Shown: positions 8,603 through 20,144 of the stretch, in pieces
How positions within the stretch are numbered: the first letter of the stretch is position 1
Layout: every line of letters starts with the position of its first letter
Assembly: GCA_040772885.1 (NCBI GenBank)
Contig: JAXGXF010000003.1
Coordinates: 190,373 to 254,372 of the forward strand
Direction of reading: 5' to 3'
Origin: Candidatus Pullichristensenella sp.
GTDB lineage: Bacteria > Bacillota > Clostridia > Christensenellales > Aristaeellaceae
Length of the DNA: 64,000 bases
Program-made: the position numbers and the translations under genes
Notes under the pieces: model-generated
What the model was told of the DNA's origin: nothing
The model's database searches: none
Seen by the model: only the letters and a program-made list of their open reading frames with translations

Positions 8603-9912
8603 AAACAGTGGGCATGGTGTCGCTCGGCTGCGCAAAAAACCGCGTGGACAGCGAAGTACTGCTGGGAATGTTGAAGGAAAAGGGCTACGAATTCGTGAGC
8701 GACCCCGCGGACGCGGAGATCATATTCGTCAACACCTGCGGGTTCATCGGCCCCGCGAAGGAGGAGTCGATCGACGCGGTGTTCGAGATGGCGCGGTTCA
8801 AGGAGGCTGGAAGGCTCCGGAAGCTGTTCGTCACCGGCTGCCTCGTCGAGCGGTACGCGGACGAACTGTACGCGGAGATGCCGGAGGTCGACGGCTTCAT
8901 GGGCGTCTCCGACTACGCGCGCATATTCGAGATGCTTTCGGACGCCGAGCGCGGCGAGAGGCCCAAGTACGTGCACGACGGCGAGCGGTTTCTGAACGCG
9001 CCGCGGCTTCTGACGACGCCCTCCTACACCGCCTATGTCAAAATTTCGGACGGCTGCGACAACCGCTGCAGCTACTGCGCGATCCCGCTGATCCGCGGCA
9101 GATACCGCTCGCGGCCGTTCGGCGACATCGTGCGCGAGTGCCGGACGCTCGCCGGACAGGGCGTAACCGAGCTCGTATTGATCGCGCAGGACACCTCGCG
9201 CTACGGGAGCGACTTCCCGGAGCACACATTGCTTCTGCCGGAGCTTTTGAAGGCCGTATCGGACATCGAGGGCGTCCGCTGGGTCAGGGTGCTCTACTGC
9301 TACCCGGACACCGCGAACGACCGGCTGCTCGACGCGATCGTCAACACGCCGAAGGTCGCCCCGTACCTCGATCTGCCGATGCAGCACATCGACGACGGGA
9401 TGCTGAGACGGATGAACCGGCGCGGCTCGGCGGACTGGATCAAGGGCCGCGTGAAGGCCTGCAAAGAGCGCGGCATCACGCTGCGCACGACGATGATCGT
9501 CGGCTTCCCCGGCGAGACGGACCGGCAGTTCCGGGCGCTGCTCGATTTCGTGAAAAACGCGCGGTTTGACCGGCTCGGCGCGTTCGCGTTCTCCCCGGAG
9601 GAGGGAACCGTCGGGGCCGACATGCCGGACCAAATCCCGGAGGAGATAAAACAGAAGCGGCTCGACGAATTGATGATGCTCCAGCAGCGGATATCGCACG
9701 AGAACAACGAAGCGCGCGTCGGCGAGGTATGCGAGGTGCTCTGCGAGGGCTTCGAGGACGGGCTGTACTTCGGCCGCTCCGGGCGCGAGGCGCCGGAGAG
9801 CGACGGGGTCGTCCGCTTCCGATCGGAAATCCCCGTCCGGCCCGGGGAATATGTGATGGTGAAATTGATCGGGGCGGACGCCTACGATCTATTCGGGGAG
9901 GTAGTACGATGA
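8599..9912 (+). CDS. rimO: ribosomal protein S12 methylthiotransferase RimO
   Basis: The N-terminus VSLGCAKNRVDSE, the radical-SAM motif CDNRCSYCAIP and a C-terminal TRAM-like domain fit RimO. The ATGA start overlaps the ftsK stop. Confidence 0.9.
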   Translation: MKTVGMVSLGCAKNRVDSEVLLGMLKEKGYEFVSDPADAEIIFVNTCGFIGPAKEESIDAVFEMARFKEAGRLRKLFVTGCLVERYADELYAEMPEVDGFMGVSDYARIFEMLSDAERGERPKYVHDGERFLNAPRLLTTPSYTAYVKISDGCDNRCSYCAIPLIRGRYRSRPFGDIVRECRTLAGQGVTELVLIAQDTSRYGSDFPEHTLLLPELLKAVSDIEGVRWVRVLYCYPDTANDRLLDAIVNTPKVAPYLDLPMQHIDDGMLRRMNRRGSADWIKGRVKACKERGITLRTTMIVGFPGETDRQFRALLDFVKNARFDRLGAFAFSPEEGTVGADMPDQIPEEIKQKRLDELMMLQQRISHENNEARVGEVCEVLCEGFEDGLYFGRSGREAPESDGVVRFRSEIPVRPGEYVMVKLIGADAYDLFGEVVR

Positions 9913-10463
9913 ATTTGCCGAACAGGTTGACGCTCCTGCGCGTCGTGATGATCCCGGTGTTCGTCGCGATCGCGGTGTTTCCCTCGTTCTGGGCGCAGTT
10001 CGCGGCGGCGTGGGTGTTTGGGCTCGCGTGCCTGACCGACCTCCTGGACGGCCACATTGCGAGGACTCGCAACCTCGTGACGAACTTCGGGAAGTTCGTC
10101 GACCCGATCGCGGACAAGCTGCTGGTGATGTCGGCGTTCGTCGTGCTCGTCTCCGACGGCCGCATGCCCGCGTGGGTGTGCATTTTGCTGCTCGCGCGCG
10201 AGTTCGCGATCAGCGGCTTCCGGCTCGTCTGCGCGGACGGCGGCAAGGTGATCGCCGCGGGGCTGCTCGGAAAGATCAAGACCGTCACGCAGATGGTGGC
10301 GGTCCTGATGCTGCTCGTGCTCGTGCCGCTCGAGGGCGCGGCGTTTCTCGGGCGGTTCGGCGTCGTTCTTTCGCAGGTCGCGATGTACGTGTCGCTGTTC
10401 TTCACGCTCTGGAGCGGCGCGGACTACATCATAAAGAACTACGCGTTCATCAACGATAAGTGA
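9909..10463 (+). CDS. pgsA: CDP-diacylglycerol--glycerol-3-phosphate 3-phosphatidyltransferase
   Basis: The ORF is trimmed to MNLPNRLTLLRVVMIPVFV. The CDP-alcohol phosphatidyltransferase motif DLLDGHIARTRNLVTNFGKFVDPIADK is present. The ATGA start overlaps the rimO stop. Confidence 0.92.
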   Translation: MNLPNRLTLLRVVMIPVFVAIAVFPSFWAQFAAAWVFGLACLTDLLDGHIARTRNLVTNFGKFVDPIADKLLVMSAFVVLVSDGRMPAWVCILLLAREFAISGFRLVCADGGKVIAAGLLGKIKTVTQMVAVLMLLVLVPLEGAAFLGRFGVVLSQVAMYVSLFFTLWSGADYIIKNYAFINDK

Positions 10464-10901
10464 TCAGCCCGCGCGCCTCGCAAGCTCCGAGGCGATCTCC
10501 CCGAACCGCGGGAACGAATAGTAGAGCGTGCACTTCTCGCCGGAGGTGAACTTGATCTTCGCCTGCGCCGCGCGGGAGGGGTCCTTGACCTTCGAGCCGG
10601 TCATGTCGGCGAGCTTCAATTTGTCGATGCGCGCGTAATCGGCCTCGAACACCTTCCCCTTGTGGTTCTGATAATAGAAGCGCCGGTCGGTCAGCAGCAC
10701 GAAGTCGTTGCGGTTCGGGATGGAGTCCGCGACGACGAGCTGTTCGCCGTCCCGGAGCATGGACTTCGCGCGCTCGGCATTGTCGAGGGCGCTCTTTTGG
10801 CCCTCCGCGCTCTCGGCGAAGCGCCTTTGGCGCGAGCGGTTGATCATCAGGGCGACGGAGGCGAGCAGAGAGAGCAGGACGACGATGTAAATCGGGGACA
10901 T
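10464..10901 (-). CDS. hypothetical N-terminally membrane-anchored protein (PH-like C-terminal domain?)
   Basis: The 270-aa ORF is trimmed to the ATG at 10901 behind AAAGGAAG. The product starts MSPIYIVVLLSLLASVALMI (TM helix) and continues with a soluble domain. The upstream part of the ORF is Arg/Ser-rich junk. Confidence 0.55.
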   Translation of the reverse strand: MSPIYIVVLLSLLASVALMINRSRQRRFAESAEGQKSALDNAERAKSMLRDGEQLVVADSIPNRNDFVLLTDRRFYYQNHKGKVFEADYARIDKLKLADMTGSKVKDPSRAAQAKIKFTSGEKCTLYYSFPRFGEIASELARRAG

Positions 10902-10941
10902 GGGAGCACTTCCTTTCAAAACGTGATGAGGGTATTTTAGC

Positions 10942-11718
10942 ATGGACGGACGCGAAACGGGTCGACAAGCGGTCGACAACGGAAAATTTACCCGGCGCGT
11001 GCTCGACCTGGACATGGATTTCTTCCTGACGGACGTGTGCGAACCGGCCGAACCGGGGGAGCGCCCGAGCGTCTCCGAGGCATCGCCGTGGTGCGAAAGC
11101 GACGTGCGCCGGTTTCTCGAGGACAACTGCGGTCTCTCGCGGGAGCGCCCGGTGCCCGGCGCGGTGTTCGAGACGCACGACGGCGCGCTCCGGTTCTGGG
11201 CGGAGAGGATCGCGTCCGGGGCGCTCTTCCCGCCGTTTTGGGTCGACCACATAGACGCGCACTCGGACCTCGGCATCGGAAGGCCCGGCCCGGCCTACGT
11301 GCTCGAGACGGTGCTCTCGCTGCCCCCCGAGCGGCGCGCGGACATCGGTCGGTATTGTCGCGAACGCGTGCTCGACGAGGCGAACTATTTGCTGTTCGCG
11401 CTCGCGTTCCGCTGGATTTCCGCGCTCTCGCTCGTGCGCAACCCGCGCTCGCGGAGGGACGTGCCCGATCGGATCGCGGTGCGCGAGGGGAACGGCGTGC
11501 GCGCCCTGAAGCTCACTTCGTCGGTTTCGAAGCTGCTCCCGCGGCTCGATTTTCGCGAGCCGGAGGTCAAGTGCTCGGTCATAAGCGACCCGTGGGCGTT
11601 CCGCGCGGCCGGGCCGTACGCGTTCGCGACGCTCGCGGTCTCGCCGCGCTACGCGCCGAGGGAGGCCGACTTCATTGCGGAGCTTTTCCAGGAATATGTG
11701 CAAATCGAACAAAATTAG
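10942..11718 (+). CDS. UPF0489-like protein (arginase/deacetylase-fold-like, function unknown)
   Basis: The motifs LDLDMDFF and VDHIDAHSDLG resemble the UPF0489 (C5orf22-type) signature as I recall it. A GAGGG RBS precedes the start. Confidence 0.5.
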   Translation: MDGRETGRQAVDNGKFTRRVLDLDMDFFLTDVCEPAEPGERPSVSEASPWCESDVRRFLEDNCGLSRERPVPGAVFETHDGALRFWAERIASGALFPPFWVDHIDAHSDLGIGRPGPAYVLETVLSLPPERRADIGRYCRERVLDEANYLLFALAFRWISALSLVRNPRSRRDVPDRIAVREGNGVRALKLTSSVSKLLPRLDFREPEVKCSVISDPWAFRAAGPYAFATLAVSPRYAPREADFIAELFQEYVQIEQN

Positions 11719-11789
11719 ACATTTTTCGTGGAGAATCTTGACTTTTCTCCGCAAAAGCCGCATGATAAGGGGGAACATTTACGCAAGAG

Positions 11790-12842
11790 GTGATCCGCTT
11801 GACGGCGGTGATCGTTCCGGCATATAAACCCTCCGAAGAACTTTTGCAACTCGCGGAACAGTTCCGCGGCTATCGGGATTTTCAGCTGATCATCGTGGAC
11901 GACGGCAGCGGCCCGGAATACCGGGCCGTCTTTGACGCGCTGCCCGCGCCGGCGATCGTGCTGCGCCACGAGGCCAACCGCGGCAAGGGCGCCGCCATCA
12001 AGACCGCGATGCGCTACGCGCTCGACAACCTCCCCAACTGCGGGATCGCGCTGACGGCGGACGCGGACGGGCAGCACGCGTTTCTCGACATCATCCGCGT
12101 GAACGAGGTCGCCCGGGCGAACCCGGACGCCCTGACGCTCGGCTGCCGCGCGTTCCGCGGGGACGTGCCGCTTCGAAGCCGGCTCGGAAACGCGCTGACC
12201 AGGCAGGTGTTCGCGATCGTCGGCGGCAGGTACGTGTCCGACACGCAGACGGGGCTCCGGGCGTTCGGCCGCGAGACCATGCGCCGCTTTTTGGAGATCC
12301 CCGGCGAGCGGTACGAGTACGAGATCAACATGCTGCTCGCCGCCGCGCGCGAGGGGATGCCGATCCGCGAGGTTGAAATCGAGACGATCTATCTCCGGAA
12401 CAACGAGTCCTCGCACTTCCACCCGGTCCGCGACTCGATCCGGATTTACGCGAGGATACTGCTGTTTGCGTGCTCGTCGCTGCTCTCGTTCGGCGTCGAC
12501 ATGGCGGCGGTGCTGCTCTTCAACGCGCTGCTTTTGCGGCACTTCCCCGCGGAGGAGGCGCTGCTCGGGAGCGTCGTCGCGGCGCGGCTCTTGAGCGCGG
12601 CGGTCAATTTCACGATCAACCGCCAGGTCGTGTTCCGCGGCAACGAGCGGCTCCAGAGCGCCGCCGTGAAGTACGCGCTGCTCGCGGCGTGCATACTCGC
12701 CGTCAACTACGCGATGCTCAGGCTCTTGACGCTCCGGCTCGGCTGGCCGCTGGGCGTCTCGAAGCTCTTGGTCGAGGCGACGCTGTTCGCGCTGAGCTTC
12801 GTCGCGCAGGGGCGCTTCGTGTACAGAAGGGCGGTGAAGTAG
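11790..12842 (+). CDS. family-2 glycosyltransferase fused to a GtrA-like membrane domain
   Basis: The N-terminus VIVPAYKPSEE...IIVDDGSGPEY is GT2-like. The C-terminus has 4 TM helices with INRQVVFRG (GtrA-like). The start may instead be the TTG at 11799. Confidence 0.85.
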   Translation: MIRLTAVIVPAYKPSEELLQLAEQFRGYRDFQLIIVDDGSGPEYRAVFDALPAPAIVLRHEANRGKGAAIKTAMRYALDNLPNCGIALTADADGQHAFLDIIRVNEVARANPDALTLGCRAFRGDVPLRSRLGNALTRQVFAIVGGRYVSDTQTGLRAFGRETMRRFLEIPGERYEYEINMLLAAAREGMPIREVEIETIYLRNNESSHFHPVRDSIRIYARILLFACSSLLSFGVDMAAVLLFNALLLRHFPAEEALLGSVVAARLLSAAVNFTINRQVVFRGNERLQSAAVKYALLAACILAVNYAMLRLLTLRLGWPLGVSKLLVEATLFALSFVAQGRFVYRRAVK

Positions 12843-12845
12843 CCC

Positions 12846-13892
12846 GTGCCGCGCAAAAAGGGCCGCCTCGCCCGCCTCGTCTCCGGGGTGTTTGAAAGAA
12901 GGCCGCTGCCGCTGCCGATCGTGATCGCGCTCGACGTGCTCTTGCTCGGCGCCGCGCTCGTCGTGTTCGCGCTGTTTCACCACGTGATCCCCCGGAAGGG
13001 CACGCCCGTCGGCACGGTCTCCTCCCGCGAGGGCGCGGCGCAGACCGTGGTGATCGAGGTCGCCGCGCCGTCCGTCGCGCCCGAGGAGCCGGAGCCGACC
13101 GTCGCCGCGGCGGTCGGGGACTTCAGCCTCCTGTACCCGGAGGGGTTCTCCGCGTCCGGCGCGCGCGAGTGGAACGAGGGCGACACCTACGTCTACCAGA
13201 GCGAGAACGTGCGCATCGCGAACACGCCGCATTCGGAGGACTTCGGCGACGGCATGGTCAACTACTACGTCTCCGACATCCTCGTGCGCGACATTTCGAA
13301 TTTCCAGACCGCGCTCGCCAAGGACACCTACGGCCGCGGCTACCGCGAGGAGACCGCCGCGCTCGCGGCGCGCTCCGGCGCGCTGATCGCCGTCAACGGC
13401 GACTACTACGGCTCGCGCAGCGAGGGCATCGTCATGCGCAACGGCACGCTCTACCGCCAGAGCGAGTTCGGCGACATCTGCGTGCTCTACTGGGACGGCA
13501 CGATGGAGACGTATCTGCAATACGACGTCGACCCGGAGGCGATACTCGCGCGCGGGCCGTACCAGATATGGAGCTTCGGGCCGGAATTGCTCGACGACGA
13601 GGGGCAAAAGATGGCCGCGTTCAACTCCGCGGTCGCGCCGAACAACCCGCGCACCGCGATCGGCTACTTCGCGCCGGGGCACTACTGCTTCGTCGTCGTC
13701 GACGGGCGCTCGTCGGCCTCGAAGGGCGTGACGCTCTCGCAGCTATCGGAATTGATGTTCAAGCTCGGCTGCAAGCGCGCCTACAACCTCGACGGCGGGC
13801 AGACCTCCGTCATGACCTGGCGCGGCGAGATCGTCAACCGCCCCGCCGAGGGCGGAAGGCCGTGCAGCGACATCATCATGATTGTGGAGTGA
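12846..13892 (+). CDS. phosphodiester glycosidase family protein (NAGPA/DUF2233-like), N-terminal TM anchor
   Basis: Family-typical motifs are IAVNGDYYG, PRTAIGYFAPGHYCFVVVDGR and AYNLDGGQTSVM. The GTG start lies 3 nt after the upstream stop. Confidence 0.8.
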   Translation: MPRKKGRLARLVSGVFERRPLPLPIVIALDVLLLGAALVVFALFHHVIPRKGTPVGTVSSREGAAQTVVIEVAAPSVAPEEPEPTVAAAVGDFSLLYPEGFSASGAREWNEGDTYVYQSENVRIANTPHSEDFGDGMVNYYVSDILVRDISNFQTALAKDTYGRGYREETAALAARSGALIAVNGDYYGSRSEGIVMRNGTLYRQSEFGDICVLYWDGTMETYLQYDVDPEAILARGPYQIWSFGPELLDDEGQKMAAFNSAVAPNNPRTAIGYFAPGHYCFVVVDGRSSASKGVTLSQLSELMFKLGCKRAYNLDGGQTSVMTWRGEIVNRPAEGGRPCSDIIMIVE

Positions 13893-13898
13893 GGCGCC

Positions 13899-14126
13899 AT
13901 GCTCAAGACGATTCTTGCGCACGCGGTGTTCGTGCTCAGCGGCATGTACCTGACATTTTTCCTGATCGACCGCGTGAACCCCGCGATGAACTTCATCAAC
14001 AACGGCATCACGAAGGCGCTGCTGCTTCTGCTGTGCCTCTGCGCGGTGATCCTGGCGCTGTTCGCCGCCGCCGAGCGGCGGGCGAGGACGCGGAGAATCG
14101 CGCGGAACAAGAGGCCGAGATATTAG
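13899..14126 (+). CDS. small two-TM membrane protein with a basic tail
   Basis: 75 aa with RBS GGAGTGAGG. It follows the glycosidase gene by 6 nt. Confidence 0.5.
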   Translation: MLKTILAHAVFVLSGMYLTFFLIDRVNPAMNFINNGITKALLLLLCLCAVILALFAAAERRARTRRIARNKRPRY

Positions 14127-14157
14127 AAAAATACCGCACGAATCGTGCGGTATTTTT
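14127..14157. terminator. bidirectional intrinsic terminator
   Basis: AAAA, then ATACCGCACG-AAT-CGTGCGGTAT, then TTTT, between convergent genes. Confidence 0.7.
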
Positions 14158-14158
14158 C

Positions 14159-15220
14159 TTAGAGGATGTACCGGTTGAGCACCGGGATCTTGTTCAGCAG
14201 ATGCGCGGCGAGCAGCGAGAGCGCCATCACCGCGGCCGCGATCAGCAGAACGGACAGGGCGGGGAAGAAGTTCGGCGAAAGGATTCCGAGCTTCCGGAAC
14301 AGTATGATGAAAAAATCGTGCACGAGGTACGCGCCGAAGCAGAGCTTCGAGAGCGTGCCGACCGCCCGCGCAACGCGCGGCGAGGGGGCGCTGTGTTCAA
14401 ACCGGCGCTTGACAAGCAGGAAAATGCTCGCCGAGACAAACGCCGTGTTGGGAAGCAGGTTGTGTATGAGCGCCTCCGTCGCCGAACCCGAGCGCAAGCT
14501 GAGGTAGAGCGTGCCCCCGACCGTGAAGGCGAGCGAGAGCGCGCCGAGCGCATGGAGCGCGCGCACGGCGCAAGCGGGAAGTTGGTAGTTCGCCAGATAG
14601 TGCCCCAGCACGAAAAACCCCGCGTAACCCAGCGCCGTATGGAACGCCACCTTGCTCCGGAACGACGAAACGAGCCGGGCGAGCGGGCCGGAAACGCACA
14701 GCAAGTTGAGCGCCAGTTCAAACACAAACCAAAGCGCGAGAAAGTACTCCGCCGTGCGCCTGGACCGGCAGATGACGCGCAGCAGCGGGGAAGCGATGTA
14801 CAGTCCAACGATCATGTACATAAACCACAGGTGGTAGTGCCCGCGGATGGCGAGCTTGACTATTTTTAAAAGGGAGGCCGCGCCGATCGGGTTCCGGGAA
14901 AGGACCGTGTAGGCCGCGTAGAGCGTCGCCCAGAACACATACGCGGTCACGAGCCTGAGAATTTTTTGAAAATACAGCTTTTTGAGCGAATACTCGCGAT
15001 TGCCGTCCAGCAGAAACGCGCCGGAGATCATCACAAACACGGGGACGCAGAAGCGGACGAGGCCTTGATAGAAGTTGGAGATGTTCCAATTGAGCGAGCC
15101 GACCGCGGCGGTCAGGAACTTCTGCGCGTTTATGTGCAGGAGCACCATCGCGAAGATGCTCAGTATCCGAAGCAGATCAAAGTAGAGAACCCGGCCTGCC
15201 GGCTGCCGCTCCTCTGGCAT
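14159..15220 (-). CDS. acyltransferase family 3 (O-acyltransferase) membrane protein
   Basis: The N-terminus YFDLLRILSIFAMVLLH and about 10 TM helices fit the family. An extended -10 on the minus strand (TGCTATACT, plus-strand coordinates 15263..15271) and the RBS AAGAGGG lie upstream. Confidence 0.85.
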   Translation of the reverse strand: MPEERQPAGRVLYFDLLRILSIFAMVLLHINAQKFLTAAVGSLNWNISNFYQGLVRFCVPVFVMISGAFLLDGNREYSLKKLYFQKILRLVTAYVFWATLYAAYTVLSRNPIGAASLLKIVKLAIRGHYHLWFMYMIVGLYIASPLLRVICRSRRTAEYFLALWFVFELALNLLCVSGPLARLVSSFRSKVAFHTALGYAGFFVLGHYLANYQLPACAVRALHALGALSLAFTVGGTLYLSLRSGSATEALIHNLLPNTAFVSASIFLLVKRRFEHSAPSPRVARAVGTLSKLCFGAYLVHDFFIILFRKLGILSPNFFPALSVLLIAAAVMALSLLAAHLLNKIPVLNRYIL

Positions 15221-15480
15221 GGATTTTCCCTCTTTTCGTCAGCGTCTTTTGTGGGTAGAACCAGTATAGCACACGCAGGCATCGGGGACAAGCCTAATGC
15301 GGAAACAATTGCGTCAGCCGAGCTTGACGCCGCAGATCGGCTCGCCGGAGGGGTCGATGTAGCCCTCGCACCGCCCTGCAGCACCCCCGCGAGGCCGCCG
15401 TCAAAGGGCGCCGCGCGTCAGAAGCACCGCCGCCAGAAGCGGGAACGAAGGCAATGATAACGCAGTATTTCTCCAAGAAC

Positions 15481-15511
15481 AACAAAAGAAAGCGCGCCGC
15501 CCGGGCGCGCT
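15481..15511 (-). terminator. intrinsic terminator downstream of gyrA
   Basis: An 8-bp GC stem AGCGCGCC/GGCGCGCT (15491..15511) is followed on the minus strand by TTCTTTTGTT. Confidence 0.6.
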
Positions 15512-15531
15512 TTCCGTTTAGAAACTCTTCC

Positions 15532-18012
15532 CTATTCCTCCCCGCTCTCCGCGCAGGAGCAGTTGTCCCCCTCGTCCTCCTCCTCGGCCTCGGCGCGGGC
15601 GACGCAGACGACCTTACAGTTCTCCTGGACGCGCATGATGCGCACGCCCTGCGTGTTGCGGCCGAGCGTCGAGACGGCGCTGACGGGGGTGCGAATGACG
15701 GTTCCGTCGTCGGTGATGATCAGGATGTCCTCGTCCTCGGAGACGAGCAATTGACCGGCGAGCAGGCCGTTCTTTTCGGTCAAATTCATCGCCTTGATGC
15801 CCTTGCCGCCGCGGCCCTGCACGCGGTACTCCTCGATCTCGGTGCGCTTGCCGTAGCCGAGCTCGGTGATCGAGAGCACCTGCGCGCCGACCTCGACGAT
15901 CGACATCGCGACGACCTCGTCGTCCTCGTCCAATTCGATCGACTTGACGCCCATCGCGGCGCGCCCGATCGGGCGCATGTCGGTCTCCTCGAAGCGAATC
16001 GCCATGCCGCGCCGGGTGCCCAGCAGCACGTCGCGGGTTCCGTCGGTCAGCGCGACGCCGATGAGATCATCATCTTCGCGCAAAACAATTGCGATCAATC
16101 CCGAGCGCCTAAGGTTCACAAACTCCGAGAGCTCGGTGCGCTTGATGGTGCCCTTCCGGGTCGCCATGATCAGGTAGTGCCCCGCGACCTTCTCGGCGGG
16201 CACCGGCAGCATCGCCTGCACCTTCTCGCCGCCCTCGAGCTGCAACAGGTTCACGATCGCCGTGCCGCGCGCGGTGCGCCCGGCCTCGGGAATCTCGTAG
16301 CAGTTCAGCTGGTACGCGCGGCCGCGGTTTGTAAAGAACATGATCGGGTCGTGCGTCGAGGTGACGTAGAGCTGCTCGACGAAGTCCTCCTCGCGCGTGG
16401 CGGTGCCGATGATCCCCTTGCCGCCGCGCCGCTGCGCGCGGTAGGTCGCCTTCGGCAGGCGCTTGACGTAGCCGTAGTGCGTCAGCGTGATCACCATGTC
16501 CTCCTCCTGGATCAGATCGAGCATGTCGATCTCGCCGTCGAGCGCCGAAATCTCGGTCCTGCGGCCGTCGGAGAAACGCTGCCGAATCTCGAGGATTTCG
16601 GACTTTACGATGTCGAGCACCATGCGCTCGCTCTCGAGCACCTGCCGGTAGTAGGCGATCAATTTTTGCAGCTCTGCGAACTCCTCCTCGACCCTCTCGC
16701 GCTCGAGGCCGGTCAGCCGCGCGAGCCGCATGTCGAGTATCGCCTGCGCCTGCTTTTCCGACAGCCCGAACTTCTCCGTCAGCCCGGCCTTCGCCTCGGG
16801 GATCGTCCGGGACGCGCGCAGAAGAGCGATGACCTCGTCGATGTGGTCGAGCGCGATCAGCAGGCCCTCCAGGATGTGGCTGCGCGCCTCGGCCTTGTCG
16901 AGCTCGTAGCGCGTGCGGCGGCGGATGACGTCCTCCTGATGCTTGAGGTAGTGGAAGATCGCCTGCTTCAAGGACAGTATCTTCGGCTCGCCGTCGACCA
17001 GCGCAAGCATGATCGCGCCGAACGTGTCCTGCAGCTGCGTGTGCTTGTACAGGTAATTCAATACGACGTTCGCGTTCACGTCGCGCTTCAATTCGATCAC
17101 GATGCGCATGCCGCTGCGATCGCTCTCGTCGCGTATGTCGGAGATGCCGTCGACGCGCTTCTCGTGCACGAGTTCCGCGATCTTCTCGATCAGCCGCGCC
17201 TTGTTGACCATGTAGGGGATTTCCGTCACGACGATGCGCTGGCGGTTGCCGGCCATCTCCTCGATCTCGCTCTTCGCGCGCACGACGATGCGGCCGCGGC
17301 CCTCGTGGTACGCGTCGTAGATGCCGCGCCGGCCGAGGGTCACGCCGCCGGTCGGGAAGTCCGGCCCCTTGACAAACTGCATCAATTCGTCGATCGAGCA
17401 GTCCGGGTGGTCGATCATGTGGACGACGCCGTCGATCACCTCGCCGAGATTATGAGGCGGTATGTTCGTCGCCATGCCGACCGCGATGCCGGAGGAGCCG
17501 TTCACCAGCAGGTTCGGGAAGCGGGACGGCAGCACCTCCGGCTGCATCAGCGTCTCGTCGAAGTTCGGGTAGAAGTCGACGGTCTCCTTGTCGAGGTCGC
17601 GGATCATCTCCATCGAGAGCTTCGAAAGCCGGGCCTCGGTGTATCGCATCGCGGCCGCGCCGTCGCCGTCGACGGAGCCGAAGTTGCCCTGCCCCTCGAC
17701 GAGCAGCCCGCGCGTCGAGAAGTCCTGCGCCAAACGCACCATCGCGTCGTAGACGGAGCTGTCGCCGTGCGGGTGGTATTTTCCCATGCAGTCGCCGACG
17801 ATGCGCGCGGACTTCCGAAACGGCTTGTCCGGCGTCACGCCGAGTTCCATCATGGAGTAGAGGATGCGCCTGTGCACGGGCTTCAGGCCGTCCCGGACGT
17901 CCGGCAGCGCGCGGCTGACGATGACGGCCATCGCGTAGGACATGAACGACCGCTTTAAATCTTCCTCGATGTCGATCGGCGTGAGATTGCCGATGTTCAG
18001 TTCCTCAGACAT
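15532..18012 (-). CDS. gyrA: DNA gyrase subunit A
   Basis: 826 aa. [26 protein letters not shown] and the active-site region [11 protein letters not shown] are present. Confidence 0.97.
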   Translation of the reverse strand: MSEELNIGNLTPIDIEEDLKRSFMSYAMAVIVSRALPDVRDGLKPVHRRILYSMMELGVTPDKPFRKSARIVGDCMGKYHPHGDSSVYDAMVRLAQDFSTRGLLVEGQGNFGSVDGDGAAAMRYTEARLSKLSMEMIRDLDKETVDFYPNFDETLMQPEVLPSRFPNLLVNGSSGIAVGMATNIPPHNLGEVIDGVVHMIDHPDCSIDELMQFVKGPDFPTGGVTLGRRGIYDAYHEGRGRIVVRAKSEIEEMAGNRQRIVVTEIPYMVNKARLIEKIAELVHEKRVDGISDIRDESDRSGMRIVIELKRDVNANVVLNYLYKHTQLQDTFGAIMLALVDGEPKILSLKQAIFHYLKHQEDVIRRRTRYELDKAEARSHILEGLLIALDHIDEVIALLRASRTIPEAKAGLTEKFGLSEKQAQAILDMRLARLTGLERERVEEEFAELQKLIAYYRQVLESERMVLDIVKSEILEIRQRFSDGRRTEISALDGEIDMLDLIQEEDMVITLTHYGYVKRLPKATYRAQRRGGKGIIGTATREEDFVEQLYVTSTHDPIMFFTNRGRAYQLNCYEIPEAGRTARGTAIVNLLQLEGGEKVQAMLPVPAEKVAGHYLIMATRKGTIKRTELSEFVNLRRSGLIAIVLREDDDLIGVALTDGTRDVLLGTRRGMAIRFEETDMRPIGRAAMGVKSIELDEDDEVVAMSIVEVGAQVLSITELGYGKRTEIEEYRVQGRGGKGIKAMNLTEKNGLLAGQLLVSEDEDILIITDDGTVIRTPVSAVSTLGRNTQGVRIMRVQENCKVVCVARAEAEEEDEGDNCSCAESGEE

Positions 18013-18026
18013 ATCCCGCGCCTCCT

Positions 18027-20108
<2,082 letters not shown>

Positions 20109-20144
20109 TCATTGTCGGAGAATGGTGCAAAGAGGGGTAAGGAG

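Noticed and set aside
15290-15450. Coding-looking GC-rich stretch between gyrA and the acyltransferase (the minus-strand frame reads ...GYIDPSGEPICGVKLG*)
   Set aside because: That frame is only about 26 codons between stops, with no start codon. At most it is a gene remnant, and I could not support a pseudogene call.
15454-17958. 834-aa ORF on the plus strand
   Set aside because: It is antisense to gyrA, which is unambiguous. The composition is junk.
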